Shown: positions 21,974 through 34,480 of the stretch, piece after piece
Position numbering within the stretch: the stretch's first letter is position 1
Layout of the letters: each line of letters opens with the position of its first letter
Assembly (NCBI GenBank): GCA_963825865.1
Contig: CAWGVG010000027.1
Coordinates: 121,477-185,476 of the forward strand
Direction: 5' to 3'
DNA from: an uncultured Nitrososphaeraceae archaeon
Lineage (GTDB): Archaea > Thermoproteota > Nitrososphaeria > Nitrososphaerales > Nitrososphaeraceae
Length of the DNA stretch: 64,000 bases
Made by a program: the position numbers and the translations under genes
Notes under the pieces: generated by a model
What the model was told of the DNA's origin: nothing
Databases searched by the model: none
The model's input: only the letters and a program-made list of their open reading frames with translations

Positions 21974-24158
21974 TTATCGTAATCTGACAATTTCCCTATT
22001 ATCTGGTACACTGGATCTGATTTTCAACCTGGAATATATTGTACTCGCAACATTCTCTGATTTTGATTTTTCACCATGATTTACAAGCACCCTTTTTGGT
22101 CTTATTCTTGACACAAAATTCAATATCTGGTTGAAATCACTATGTCCACTGAAACCATCCATCTTTTGAGTCTGGCATCTCACTGGAACCACCTTTACTT
22201 TACCATTTTTGTCCAGTATGCTAACTTCGGTCATTGTACCATCAAGGACACGTCTTCCTAACGTTCCATTAATTTGGTATGAAACAAATATAATCTTATT
22301 TTTCGAAGAGGGCGCTATTTCTTTAAAATACTCAACTGAAGGGCCACCCTCTAACATGCCCGATGTAGCCATAATAATTGATGGATTTTCATCTTCGAAA
22401 ACTTCGTCTCTTTTGCCATAGCCATTTATTATGGTAAAGTATTCTGACTGGAATGGATTGATTCCTTGAGAAACTGACTTTCGTACATCAGAGCCCAGAT
22501 AATGGGCATATGACATGTGTATGGCACTTGCTTCTGAAATCATACCTTCAATATAGATGGGAGATTCAATAAGACGTCTTTCTCGCATTTCTCTGTCTAT
22601 GACAAGCATAATTTCTTGCGCTCTTCCGACTGCAGGAAGAGGGATCAATACTTTACCGCCTTCTGTCAGGGTTTTATTGATACTATCGGTAAAGGTTCGA
22701 TAAACAACTGATTGATCTGGCATGATATCACTACTATTGCCATAAGTACTTTCAGTGATTAGCGTTTCAACTCTTGGATATGTTGATGATGCACTGTCTA
22801 GAAGCTGTGTTTTTGCATATTTGTAATCGCCAGAGTAGAGAATGTTATGTGCACCAGAAATGTTAAGGTGGATTGTTGCACTTCCCATGATATGGCCTGC
22901 ATTGTTTAGTGTAATAGTAATATCTGGAGAAATGTCAGTTGGTTTACCATAAGGCAATGTAATGCAATGTTTGATAACTTCGTGAATATCTCTTGTCTCA
23001 TAAGGTAAATAAGTACCGTTATTCTTCGCAATCTTTACAGAATCCATTTGAAGAAGGTTCATTAACGGTAAAGTTGGTTCAGTACAGTAAACTGGCCCAT
23101 TGTATCCAAACTTGAATAGCGCAGGCAAAAATCCCTGATGGTCGATATGTGCATGACTGATGATTACCGCATCAAGATCATCTAAATTAAAATTGAACCA
23201 CTCTAAGCGAGGGTATGCATTCAATCCCAAAGCTTCCCCCGGATTGATCCCACAATCTAACATCACCTTGCTTTCGGGAGTTACAACAATAAAACAAGAT
23301 CTTCCAACCTGTTTAACGCCCCCAAGACAGAATAACATAACTTCTTCCTTGCTTGTTGGCCATGACTGCTGTGATGATCTGGCAGCGGGTTCTGAGGTCA
23401 TGACTCGTTGTTGTCGTTCTTGTTTACTATGTCTGATTTCATCTGAACTTCTGTTTACGCCATTATTGTCTAATATGAGAGGAGCTCGAAAAATTCTGTT
23501 TCCAAGTTCTCGTAAAAATATTATTCTTTCCTTAGCTGAACTTTTTAACGTAGAGTGAATAGTGCTGATGCTATTGGACGGAATATGTGGAGAGCGTCTA
23601 GTATGAGCAATCCAGCCAGTAGACCGGGCGATTTCGATTACCATATTGGAATCTATAATTTCTGGATGGTTAACTTCTAAAATAACTTCTCCCGTTGCAT
23701 CGTCGCAGAATACAGCGGAAACCGAGACGTCTTTTGGAAGTAATTTGACAACAACTGATCTCGTTTTGTCTTCTGGTAATCGTATAGACGGGTCAGTACC
23801 GAATCACAAATCTCTTTTTCAGGGTTTTAGAAAGTGAAGATAAATGATAAGTTAATTCTGTAAGCGAAAATTTTGGATTCTTTGTATATAACGCAATATA
23901 GGGACCCTCAAACTTTGTTAATGTGATGTCAGATTCTGATGGGATAGACTGTAAAATAATTTTTGCAACTCCACCTTCGCTATCTGTTGTTAACCTTGAG
24001 ATCAAATGACTTTTTTTTTCGTCTTCTACGAGGTTACTTTGCGTCTCTGCTTCAGCTTCTGACTGTTCTTTTTCAGATTTGCTACCTTTCTTTAGAGCAT
24101 TGCTCCCATAGTCGCCCTCCTGGACAAATTCATTCTTTAGGTCTTCGTTTTCTTCCAT
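21974..24158 (-). CDS. fttA: Beta-CASP ribonuclease aCPSF1 / termination factor FttA (indel near 23795)
   Basis: KH domains (FEGPYIALYTKNP...KKRFVIR), SHAHIDH, NAGHIMGS, YSGD, ESTYG, FSGHSD, NHGE. Confidence 0.95.
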
Positions 24159-24686
24159 AATGTTCTCTTATCTAGCTACTCCGGTGACCTTTTGCCTCAC
24201 CTCTTGAAACAACAAAGCGACCTTATAACAGAGGCAAAGATATGATATTGACCGGTAATATGCCATCTAATAACTATGTACGTCCATTAATATATTTTTG
24301 TGTACTTTTAAATATTAACCACAAGTACAGAATCATTTTTTATGATAACTCCATAACAAAAAGATGAAAAGATGTTCACAGCTTTTGGCAATTATTGCCG
24401 CTATGTTATAAAGAAAACGAAAAAGTTATACAACCTTAATAGAAGATTCTATGTCAATATAAGTTAAATTCATGACAGCCCTGTGATCTTGTCACAGACA
24501 GCTCATTCAAAAGAAATGCCTTACAAGAGATTCTTGACAATTGGTATTTATATATATTATATGGATGACCTTGACATTTGATGAAAAATCTCCGGTGCAG
24601 GAAAGATATAGAGGATTTTAGTCATCTAAACAAAAATAATCATAATATAATATGAATTCATAATTTTATTGTTGACCTGTATTGTA

Positions 24687-25946
24687 TTACTTGATAACCC
24701 AAGGCAGGACGAATTGCATAAGTACTATCGTAGTCATCACAATTGATAGTAACTGAGAAGCATTTTTTACTCTGTTTGTTTTTGATTTTGTTTTGCTTTC
24801 GATCAATGAATTATACCACTGGCTTCCATCTAGAGGGATAATAATTGGAAGTGCATTGAATATAGCGAGGTTAAAGTTGATGAACCATAACCAGAATAGC
24901 GTATTTGCAACTATAGGAAAAGACGAGCCTAATACATTTGACTCATATTTTGATGCCATAGAATCAGAATAAGGAACCGCAGTTCCATTGTTCACCGTTG
25001 GAGGAAGGAGCCACACTAATGGATTTGAACTAAACGCACTCTTGTATCTTTTTAGTATTATGGAGGGGTCAGGTGACACGTCCTTTATAAGAATACCCAG
25101 AATTCCTCTGTTTGCCTCGATAGATGCTGGTAGGATTACTGAACGAGTTATCTTCTCGCCTGTCTTATCTTGCCACGTTATTTTTATATTATGACCGAGA
25201 TTTGATCGAAGAAGAGCACTCAGATCCTCTATACTATGTACATTTTGTCCTGCTATAGTTTTGATGATAGATCCTTTTGATAGACCTATTGTTCCTGCAA
25301 GAGAACCACCATTAACACCTGTAACCTCCACTCCTGGCTGTGGTTCACTAGAAGTAGATAGAGAAGTAAGAGTAGAAATCACGAAATAAATTGCGATCAA
25401 AGAAATGGTGGCCAATACCATATTATTTAGCGGACCTGCGGTCAAAATAGCGCTTCTTTGCTTTAGAGATGCTTTTGCTAACTCCTCTTGCTCGATATTT
25501 ACAAATGCTCCAACGGGTATTCCTAAGAATAGAAGAATTCCTGTGGATTCTACTTTGATATTATATACTCTGGCTACTATCCCATGACCACCCTCGTGAA
25601 TAAACACAGCAATTATGATCGCTATGATTATAATTGGTGCAATCTTCAAAGGAAGAATGGGATTCAACCCTGGAATAAGGAATGGAGAAAATGGACCTGC
25701 ACTACGGGCTCCTTCTCTAGCCGCTGCATTTGAAAACACAACTATTAAAGAGAAAACAAATAGAAATATTGCCAGTCCAGTGATGAGAGGCATAAGATAA
25801 GTACAGATTTTAGCATAAATTCTGGCAACATTAGTTCTTGCCACTTTATCGAAAAAGGTTAAACCGAAAGGCGTATGAATTAATATCAGAGGAAACTTGA
25901 CTTCGGCATGAACATTCCTCTTCTTCTTTTCCTGTTCCAAACGCAT
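24687..25946 (-). CDS. Site-2 protease (M50) with PDZ domain
   Basis: HEGGHG, AGPLNN, FNALP..PLDG. Confidence 0.92.
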   Translation of the reverse strand: MRLEQEKKKRNVHAEVKFPLILIHTPFGLTFFDKVARTNVARIYAKICTYLMPLITGLAIFLFVFSLIVVFSNAAAREGARSAGPFSPFLIPGLNPILPLKIAPIIIIAIIIAVFIHEGGHGIVARVYNIKVESTGILLFLGIPVGAFVNIEQEELAKASLKQRSAILTAGPLNNMVLATISLIAIYFVISTLTSLSTSSEPQPGVEVTGVNGGSLAGTIGLSKGSIIKTIAGQNVHSIEDLSALLRSNLGHNIKITWQDKTGEKITRSVILPASIEANRGILGILIKDVSPDPSIILKRYKSAFSSNPLVWLLPPTVNNGTAVPYSDSMASKYESNVLGSSFPIVANTLFWLWFINFNLAIFNALPIIIPLDGSQWYNSLIESKTKSKTNRVKNASQLLSIVMTTIVLMQFVLPWVIK

Positions 25947-26341
25947 AACGTATTGTAACTACTGTATTTAAATTAATCATTGTACCTAACTCACTCGCTA
26001 GCCGTAATCTAATAGACAAAAAACGATGTGATATGATATTAACCCATTTTTGCTATCACGCAATAATATCTACATATATAATGATGAGGATGACCCATAT
26101 AGACTCAAATTCAGAATCGAACACACTTACGAATGATGAAATCATAAATTGGATGTCATGTACTATTAAACATCATAAGAAGCAACCATTGTTCAAAAAA
26201 ACAAAATTGCAATGTCTATAGTCTTTGCCAACATATTATTAATAGAAAATTTAATACAAATCACTAAAAAGTAATGGATTTATCACAAGAAGAAACATAA
26301 TGTGAATATGAGTGAAATAAAGTTTCATTCTTCATATTTTT

Positions 26342-26671
26342 TTATACTTCACCACTGTCTGATCTCTGAATCTCGATTATAACTCTGTCACCAACTTTAA
26401 TTCCAATGTCTTCGTATTCTCTCATGCTCATTTTCATAGTTGGTGCGTCAGTTACTCCACCTCCACCCATAATTCCAGATATATTTGACATTACCTTGGG
26501 CATATTCTTCATAAGATCATCTAAAGAGGAAAATGCCATTGCGTTGGGACCAAAAGGATTTTGCTGTTTTTCTCCTGGCTTGTATTCTTTAGGATCATTA
26601 AATGTAACATAAACATAAGGGCTACCGTCTTGGGAGGCTTCAATCCTTGCAACTATAAACTCTTTTTTCAT
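26342..26671 (-). CDS. Conserved archaeal hypothetical protein (arcadin-1-like)
   Basis: C-terminal MSMREYEDIGIKVGDRVIIEI. Confidence 0.6.
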   Translation of the reverse strand: MKKEFIVARIEASQDGSPYVYVTFNDPKEYKPGEKQQNPFGPNAMAFSSLDDLMKNMPKVMSNISGIMGGGGVTDAPTMKMSMREYEDIGIKVGDRVIIEIQRSDSGEV

Positions 26672-26873
26672 TTATCATAAATATTGAGCAAGAAGGGACT
26701 TATTTGCATATCGTATAGAATTTCCACTATTATAAAAAATTATATGAAAATTAATTTAAGCTGAACTACACCAGAAATCCTCCTTATTAAAGTGTTTCAA
26801 TATGACAAAAGACAGAGTCAGTTTTTTTATTCAATAAGTATTATATGCCTTTTATCCTATTGTCACTATTATC

Positions 26874-27572
26874 ATGTCGCAGAAAGAAAATGTCTCGGCA
26901 ACAGATTCTAAAAAAATGATGGCTGAACCGCCGTTAAATTTATTGTTTAATCCTTCACTTCTTTCTGCCAAGAAAGACATATGGGATATCAACGTTACAA
27001 TGCTGCTTGAAATGCTTCTTAGAGTTATTAATACAACAGGAAAAAAGGACCTTAGAATATGTGGTATTGCTCCATTATCTGCATCGATTATACATCGTCT
27101 TAAGGTTGAAAGCATTTTTAGATTAGAGAAAATTGCTATGCAGAGAAAAGAAGTGGAAGATCCCCAGCTTCAACAACCGATACCAGAGCTTAGTGCTATT
27201 GAAATTCCCTTTAGAATTGAATCAACATATCCAGTATCTTTAGAAGAACTTCTTCATGTTCTTGAAAATATGATTTCTGAACTTGCAAATCCTAGACCAA
27301 AAAAGAAACAACTTGAATTGGAACCTGTTGAGGTTTTTAATTTCAATCAATACCTTGTAAAATTTGAACATATATTACAAGAATATGAAGATATGATTTT
27401 CGACATTGTTAATGCAGATGGAGTAGCCATGTTTAAAATGCTTGTTGTAAATATGGGACCTGTAGAAATTGTAAGATGTTTTATTGCAATGCTTTATCTA
27501 GCCATGAAAGGCAAAGTGGATTTAGAACAGATCGAATCTTCAGAAGACATAAAGATAATAATAAGACGATAG
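26874..27572 (+). CDS. scpA: Segregation/condensation protein ScpA (kleisin)
   Basis: DIWDINV..LL, VSLEELL, VRCFIAMLYLAMKGKVDLEQ; directly upstream of scpB. Confidence 0.9.
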   Translation: MSQKENVSATDSKKMMAEPPLNLLFNPSLLSAKKDIWDINVTMLLEMLLRVINTTGKKDLRICGIAPLSASIIHRLKVESIFRLEKIAMQRKEVEDPQLQQPIPELSAIEIPFRIESTYPVSLEELLHVLENMISELANPRPKKKQLELEPVEVFNFNQYLVKFEHILQEYEDMIFDIVNADGVAMFKMLVVNMGPVEIVRCFIAMLYLAMKGKVDLEQIESSEDIKIIIRR

Positions 27573-27615
27573 CAGCAGAAGCAATAAATCAATCTGATTC
27601 TCTAACGTTCACAAG

Positions 27616-28182
27616 TTGCGGGTCTCGTCTCTTCCTGAAGAAGAAATTACTGCCAGAATTGAGGCCGCACTATATTCTGCGGGTCGGCCCTTGTCGGTTG
27701 ATGAACTTATTCGAGCATCAGGTACAAATTCGAGAGAAAAGACAATGAAGGTTGTAAGTGCCTTAGTCAAAAAAACAAAATCTGTTTTCAAGGCTATAGA
27801 GATTAACCATCTAGAAGATGGCTCCTTCGTATTTCAATTAAAGCCTAATTACATGCCTATTATCAGAAGATTTGCGCAGCACCCATTAATTCCTTCTGCC
27901 GCTCTCAAGACATTGTCTTATATTGCATATGAACAGCCTGTCACTTCAAAACGTCTTGTCCAGATTCGGGGAAGTCAGGTTTATGCTCATCTTAAAGAAC
28001 TAGAACATATGGCATTCATTGAACATGAAAACCTGGGAAGATTAAAAGTATATAGAATAACGAAGAAATTCCAAGATTACTTTGGCATAACCGATCTGAA
28101 TTCTATGAAAAGCAAACTCCTAGCAATAACAAACAAAGATAACAAAATAATCTCTTCTTCTCCACCTTCAGAAAAGTCTTAA
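27616..28182 (+). CDS. scpB: SMC-Scp complex subunit ScpB
   Basis: IEAALYSAGRPLS, ALKTLSYIAYEQPVT, IRG, TKKFQDYFGI. Confidence 0.93.
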   Translation: MRVSSLPEEEITARIEAALYSAGRPLSVDELIRASGTNSREKTMKVVSALVKKTKSVFKAIEINHLEDGSFVFQLKPNYMPIIRRFAQHPLIPSAALKTLSYIAYEQPVTSKRLVQIRGSQVYAHLKELEHMAFIEHENLGRLKVYRITKKFQDYFGITDLNSMKSKLLAITNKDNKIISSSPPSEKS

Positions 28183-28209
28183 TTAAAGCGAAATAATACT
28201 GTACCTTAT

Positions 28210-28596
28210 ATGCGAAAGTCAATAGAGAACCTGGCTGGACGCAAATTTACTGGTGGACGCAAAATTGCCATGAGAGGCCGAAGGAAGTTTGAGATTGATA
28301 GGTATCCTAATGAAGCTATTGTAGGGAATAAAGATATCGTAACAAGACGGGTGCGAGGTAATAACATAAAGACGGCATTTAAAACAACAGAATTTGCAAA
28401 TGTTGCTGATCAGGTGTCCAAGAAAGTAATGAAATCTAAAATCTTGCGGGTAATCAAAAATTCTGCAAATAAGGATTATGAGAGACGAGGAGTAATTAGC
28501 AAAGGAGCATTACTTGAAACTGAAGCAGGAACTGCAAGAGTAGTTTCAAGACCCGGACAGGATGGCACTGTTAACGCAATTCTCCTAAAACAATAA
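28210..28596 (+). CDS. rps8e: 30S ribosomal protein S8e
   Basis: RKFTGG, RVRGNNIK, VISKGA, ARVVSRPGQDGTVNAILL. Confidence 0.97.
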   Translation: MRKSIENLAGRKFTGGRKIAMRGRRKFEIDRYPNEAIVGNKDIVTRRVRGNNIKTAFKTTEFANVADQVSKKVMKSKILRVIKNSANKDYERRGVISKGALLETEAGTARVVSRPGQDGTVNAILLKQ

Positions 28597-28644
28597 AACC
28601 TCATTATATAATCATCATGTTAATCATGGGCTTGAAATATGTGT

Positions 28645-28680
28645 AAAGTTAAGGCGACTCTTGCTTTAACTTTAATTTTT
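28645..28680 (+). terminator. Hairpin plus T-rich tract downstream of rps8e
   Basis: aaagttaaggc-gactctt-gctttaacttt followed by T-rich sequence. Confidence 0.35.
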
Positions 28681-29026
28681 GGTTGGATCAGAGAACGCAG
28701 TAAAATAATATGCTCCTTATTCGAATATGTTAATAATCCATTACCATGATATAGTAGACTATAAAGCGTTTGTACTACTGACATTATATAACGATGCACA
28801 CAATACTCATTATGACATTGGTTGAAGACAATTAAAATTAAGATATTGTAGAGCTGTAAATTATTAGGAGAATGTCTGAATAAACACTACAAGAGGACTT
28901 GCTGATTTATTTCTTTGCTTGGCAAAAACGAATTACTTTATCGTGGCACTCATTTGAAACATTCAATGTCTATTAGTAATATGATTTTCTTATATTGATC
29001 AAATTAGAATGAAAACCGAGTACAAC

Positions 29027-29067
29027 AATCACTTTTACAAGTATATTGTTACAGATAATAAAGCAAT
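29027..29067 (+). promoter_or_regulatory. 41-bp upstream motif, copy 2
   Basis: aatcacttttacaagtatattgttacagataataaagcaat. Confidence 0.6.
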
Positions 29068-29858
29068 AATGTTACTGAGTATCAGTAACAATGTTCCTCA
29101 AGTTCCTTAAACACTACAAATAACTAGCCGTTATCTTGGGCTAGAACAGAAAAACCGTAACTTTTACTCACCAATAACTTTTGCACAGGTATAAAGGAAG
29201 TAGTCTACACTTCTTATGTCATCAGTTACTCCAATAACACTATTTGAAAGCTCCTAATTCCATTGTAAAGGTCAAATATTAAATGGCACATCAATTACTG
29301 TATATATATGAAAACTATATAGTATTGTATTGCCTGTTATTTTGGCATCATTATTGTTAATTACTAGTTCCTTTGAAAAGGATTTAAAGACACAAGCGAT
29401 GGCTTCTCAGAATTCCAATTCATCTCCATCAACAAATAATAATAATATTAATGGCTCTTTAACTATAGGTCCTCCTCAATTGCCGTTATCGGATAAACCT
29501 ATTCATGGTCCAATACCAGGAACACAAGCGCCATAAAAAATTTGCTAAGAAATTTCCCTCGGAATAAGGATTCTATCTACCTACTGATATTGGAACGAGA
29601 TTTGCTTCTGATAAATTACATCTCTTTGTATAGGTAGTAATTGCATCGCTAGAGTAGGATTTTTTTACATTGCTAAAAAGCCCAAAGAACATCTTTTTTA
29701 TGAACCTAAAATCGCATCATCGCTACCAAGAGTGAAAATGTTGCAATTCAACATTGCTATGGTCCTAATTATTAGTAACATATATCATAATCAGAGCTCT
29801 TATATTATTATACTTAGAAACTATATATAGTCTGAAAACATCATGAGTCTGACCCGGT

Positions 29859-30790
29859 TTGAATCCTTTCAAGCTGTTAAATGGCTATTTTAGTGCGAAA
29901 TTACAGTCCGTGTCAATTGTGATAGTTTTTCTATTATTGGGATCAATGGTGGCAATTTCAACAATTGTTTCAACAGCTATTGCTTCTCCTTCTATTTCTC
30001 CTTCCACGTTACCGTCTTTATCATCACAAGTATTATCATCATTCTTTGCAGGACCACTAGCTTCAACAACAACAATCCATTCAACATCCTAATAATAATA
30101 ACAATAATAGCCTCCCCCTTCCAACAGAAGGCGATACTGGTACATCAATACTTTCCAACTCTCCTCCTCAATCGGTAACGGCGGGCATTGGAGAGGAGCC
30201 AGATACGGATGAAAATGAAGCTAAGTCAAGTATCTGATAGATGTAAATGAAGGAGGCCATTCAGAAATACATCCAGCTTATGAGGTCATATTCAATCCGA
30301 CATCCCCTCCACCACCACCAACACTACCACCACCTCCCGGCACATGTCAAAAGCTTCAAACAAGTAATGTTGTAGCAAAGTGGCAGCGAAACCGGAAACC
30401 TGCCATCAAATGCCATAGACAATAACCTTAATACTCGCTGGTCAAATTTGGGTGTAGGCTCGTGGATTCAAGCAGATTTTGGAGGAGTAACAGATACCAT
30501 TTGCAGTGTAGATATTGCTTGGTATAATGGAAATCAGCGACAGAATAACTTTGTTGTATCTGTTTCAAATGATGGAAGTACTTTCACCAAAGTACCATTT
30601 ACAGGAAAAAGCACTGGAACAACTTTATCACCTGAGAGATATAACTTGCCGGCAAATACCGTTGGTAGATTTGTACAAGAATCATAGTCAATGGAAATAC
30701 ACAGAACAATTGGGCATCTATAACAGAAATTGCCGTTAATGGGTTTGCAGGTACCACTTCACATCCACCATCTACTCCATTTAATCTTCC
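29859..30790 (+). pseudogene. Fragmented secreted protein with F5/8 type C (discoidin) domain
   Basis: Signal-like N-terminus, poly-Pro linker, then NAIDNNLNTRWSNLGVGSWIQADFG..CSVDIAWYNGNQRQNNF..SNDG...NGNTQNNWASITEI; several breaks. Confidence 0.7.
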
Positions 30791-31159
30791 TGTATCTTGA
30801 ACTATGCGAGAAGAGGATGAACAGCAAGCTAAACTTTTATGGAAAAGCTAAAACGACTCAAAGCCATATCATTAGTTCTGTAGTGCAGATGCTGGACGTC
30901 AGATTCAAATACACAGGCTACATCCTCCACTATATCTCATGTAGAGACTATATTGATAGAGCGACCCTGTAATTCCAATAAATAGGGCTAATGACGGTAA
31001 GCGAGTGTAATGGTAAGTTTTGCAACTCATTAGAGACATATGAATTATTGTGTCTGCGGGCAGCAACACCAGTTTCTTGCTATGTAACCCAGTCAAACAA
31101 ACAAACAAACAACCCTTCGATACAAAAATTAATATTCACTCACCATTTTTTTCAAAGTA

Positions 31160-32797
31160 TTGCAAGAGGATCTTATGGATTCTGTAGCCTCATCTGCTGG
31201 AACAGATTCTAATTATGTACAGGTATGTAAATCCATTGCCCAACAAGTCCAAAAAGAAGGGAATTTACCACCCAACACCATCTTGAAAATTAAAAGGGAA
31301 ACAGCATCGAAATACCACCTTTCTACTCTACCAAAAAACGAACATATTATTGAATATCTCTCTAACGATAGCCAGTATCGTAAGGTTTTGATGGTTAGAC
31401 CTATAAAGACAGCTTCGGGAGTGGTAGTAATTGCAGTGATGCCAAAACCATTTGAGTGTCCTCATGGCAGGTGCATTTACTGCCCAGGTGGAATTGAATT
31501 TAATACTCCGCTAAGCTATACAGGATCTGAACCTTCTACAAAATCTGCTCAAAGATTTGGATATGATCCATACTTACAGGTTCAGTACAAATTGTCCCAA
31601 TTATATGCAAGAGGACATGATACTGGTAAGGTCGAACTTGTTATAGTTGGTGGTACTTTTCCCTTCATGCCGATAGAATATCAGAAAGATTTTGCAAAAT
31701 TATGTTTTGATGCTTTGAATGGAATAAAATCTTCTGCCAATCTTCAAGAAGCAATCAAAACCAACGAAAATGCGAAGATTAGATGTGTAGGCTTTACTGT
31801 CGAAACAAAACCCGATTATTGTAAACAGCAGCATATTGATCTAATGCTTGAATTGGGAGTTACGCGTGTAGAAATAGGTATTCAATCATTACGTAATGAA
31901 GTTTATCGGGCTGTCAATCGTGGACATACTTTGGGTGATGTTATTGAATCATTTCAAGTGGCACGAGACGCCGGCTACAAAATTGGTGCACACATGATGC
32001 CAGGTTTGCCTAATTCATCACCAGAAAATGATATACAGGATTTTCAAACATTATTTGAAGACCCTTCATTCAAACCAGATATGTTAAAGATTTATCCAAC
32101 ACTTGTTATGAAGCATACTGGAATATATAAATTGCATCAGGACGGAAGATATTCTGCATATTCTGATGATGATTTAATGGACGTGTTGGTTGCTGTAAAA
32201 AAAATGGTACCGCCGTGGATCAGGATAATGCGAGTTCAGCGAGAAATAGAATCTAAAGATATTGTTGCAGGCCCCAAAAATGGAAATCTGAGACAGATTG
32301 TGTTACAGAAATTATCTGAGATAGGTTTAAAATGCAATTGTATAAGATGCAGAGAAGCCGGATTGCAAAGAAGGCATCTGCCTGAAGACGAAGTTACGAT
32401 GAATAGGATTGATTATTTTGCTTCGAACGGACATGAGGTGTTCCTATCATTTGAAAGTATGGATAAGTCAACCATTCTGGGGTTTTTACGATTGCGTAAA
32501 GTTTTAAATCCTTATAGGAAAGAGCTGAAGGAAGTTGAAGGTGAAGCCACAGCTATTGTAAGGGAATTGCATGTATATGGTCAGATGTTGAATATAGGAA
32601 AGAAAAGAAATGACAATTCCTGTCAGCACAAGGGATATGGAATACGACTTATGCAGGAAGCGGAAAGAATTGCGAAAGATGAATTTGATGTAAAGAAATT
32701 ATCGATTATAAGTGCGGTAGGAACTAGGAAATATTATAAAAAATTTGGATACATTCAGAATGGTCCTTATGTATCAAAAGCGCTACAATCGCAATGA
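31160..32797 (+). CDS. elp3: tRNA U34 carboxymethyltransferase Elp3 (radical SAM + GNAT)
   Basis: CPHGRCIYCPGG, GGTF, ETKPD, KIYPTLV, RELHVYG, QHKGYG. Confidence 0.97.
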   Translation: MQEDLMDSVASSAGTDSNYVQVCKSIAQQVQKEGNLPPNTILKIKRETASKYHLSTLPKNEHIIEYLSNDSQYRKVLMVRPIKTASGVVVIAVMPKPFECPHGRCIYCPGGIEFNTPLSYTGSEPSTKSAQRFGYDPYLQVQYKLSQLYARGHDTGKVELVIVGGTFPFMPIEYQKDFAKLCFDALNGIKSSANLQEAIKTNENAKIRCVGFTVETKPDYCKQQHIDLMLELGVTRVEIGIQSLRNEVYRAVNRGHTLGDVIESFQVARDAGYKIGAHMMPGLPNSSPENDIQDFQTLFEDPSFKPDMLKIYPTLVMKHTGIYKLHQDGRYSAYSDDDLMDVLVAVKKMVPPWIRIMRVQREIESKDIVAGPKNGNLRQIVLQKLSEIGLKCNCIRCREAGLQRRHLPEDEVTMNRIDYFASNGHEVFLSFESMDKSTILGFLRLRKVLNPYRKELKEVEGEATAIVRELHVYGQMLNIGKKRNDNSCQHKGYGIRLMQEAERIAKDEFDVKKLSIISAVGTRKYYKKFGYIQNGPYVSKALQSQ

Positions 32798-34415
32798 CAG
32801 ATGAAATAATCGGTAAGGGCACATGGATTGATAAAGTAGCGGACAATCTTATAAAGCGTGAAAAAAAGTTAGGACGACAATTAGATCTCATAAGAGTAGA
32901 AAGTGGTCTGGGGGCCTCTGGAATTCCACATATAGGAAGTATGGGCGATGCTGTCAGAGCATATGGGATAGCGCTGGCTATCCAAAACTTTGGTTACAAA
33001 TCAGAATTGATTGCGTATTCTGATGATATGGATGGGCTAAGAAAGGTTCCCTACGGTTTACCGGATTGGCTCAAAGAGCATTTAGCAAAGCCAGTTTCAA
33101 ATATCCCTGATCCTTTTGGTGGATGCCATGCATCCTATGGCACTCACATGGGTAATCTCCTTTTGGATGGACTTGATAAGGTTGGAGTAAAATATCGGTT
33201 CCAAAGTGGAGCAGAAGCATACAGGAAAGGTGTTCTTATAAGTCAAATCGACGCTATATTACGAAATAGCATTCGTCTTGGCCAAAAAATAGCCGAGTTT
33301 GTTGGTCAAGAAAAATATAATGAAATACTGCCATATTTTCCTGTCTGTGGAAATTGCGGTAGGCTATATGTTGCAAGAGCTGAGAAATATTTACCAGATG
33401 AAAAGAAGAGTACTATACGTCTGCTCTGATAGCAAAATTGGCAATGAAGATCTGAAAGGGTGTGGACATAGTGGAGAAGTCGACATTCGTAAAGGAGAGG
33501 GAAAACTAGCATGGAAAGTAGAGTTTGCAGCAAGATGGCAGGCTCTTGATATCCGGTTTGAGGCGTACGGAAAAGATATCATGGATTCTGTGCGAGTTAA
33601 TGATTGGGTTGCAAATGAAATTCTAGGATTTGCTCATCCTTTACATGTGAAGTACGAGATGTTTCTTGATAAGGGCGGAAAAAAGATCAGCAAATCTGCC
33701 GGCAACGTGCTTACTCCACAGATGTGGTTGAGATATGGGACACCCGAGTCCATTCTACTGTTACTGTTCAAACGTATCACGGGTACTAGACATATTGGGC
33801 TTAACGATATACCTGTATTAATGGATGAATATGACCTTTATGAAGATGTCTATTTTGGTAAAGCGAATGAAGATAATTTAGCCAAGTTAACGAAGATAAA
33901 GGGAGTTTATGAATTTATTAACCATTTAAAACCAGCAAAGCAGTATACTGTACATGTACCGTATAGAATTATAGTACAACAGGCTTCATTATTCACTGGT
34001 GATAAAAGAACGGACAATGTGTACGAGAGATTATTAAAGTATGGAATAGTAAAAGAAAAGACAGATGATCTGATAAAAAGAATTAAGCTTGCATCTAACT
34101 GGTATGAAGATGTCTTCTCTGACGAAGAAAAATTTGAAATTGAAATGAAAGATAATCACAAGAAAGCAATAACAGAATTAATTCAATCTTTAAAATCGTT
34201 TATCGGTTATGAACAAAAGCCTGGAAACGCCAAAAAATCTTCAGTCCAAAGTATTTGATATAGCCCGAAATAACGCAATGGAGCCAAAAGAGTTCTTTAT
34301 CCTGCTCTATAAGATGCTTATAAACTCTGATAGAGGACCGAGAATAGGAAACTATGCCCTCGATTTGGGAATAGAGCGAACATGTAACATTCTTCAAAGA
34401 TATTTGGTCAATTAG
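32794..34415 (+). CDS. lysS: Class I lysyl-tRNA synthetase (indels near 33405 and 34235)
   Basis: SGIPHIGS (HIGH-like), SDDMDGLRKVP, GKLAWKVEFAARW, KISKSAGN, GPRIG. Confidence 0.95.
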
Positions 34416-34480
34416 GCACTGGCCAAGGCCTCAAAGAACTACTTTTATATTAAATGCTGTCAATTTAATAATGGATTGAT

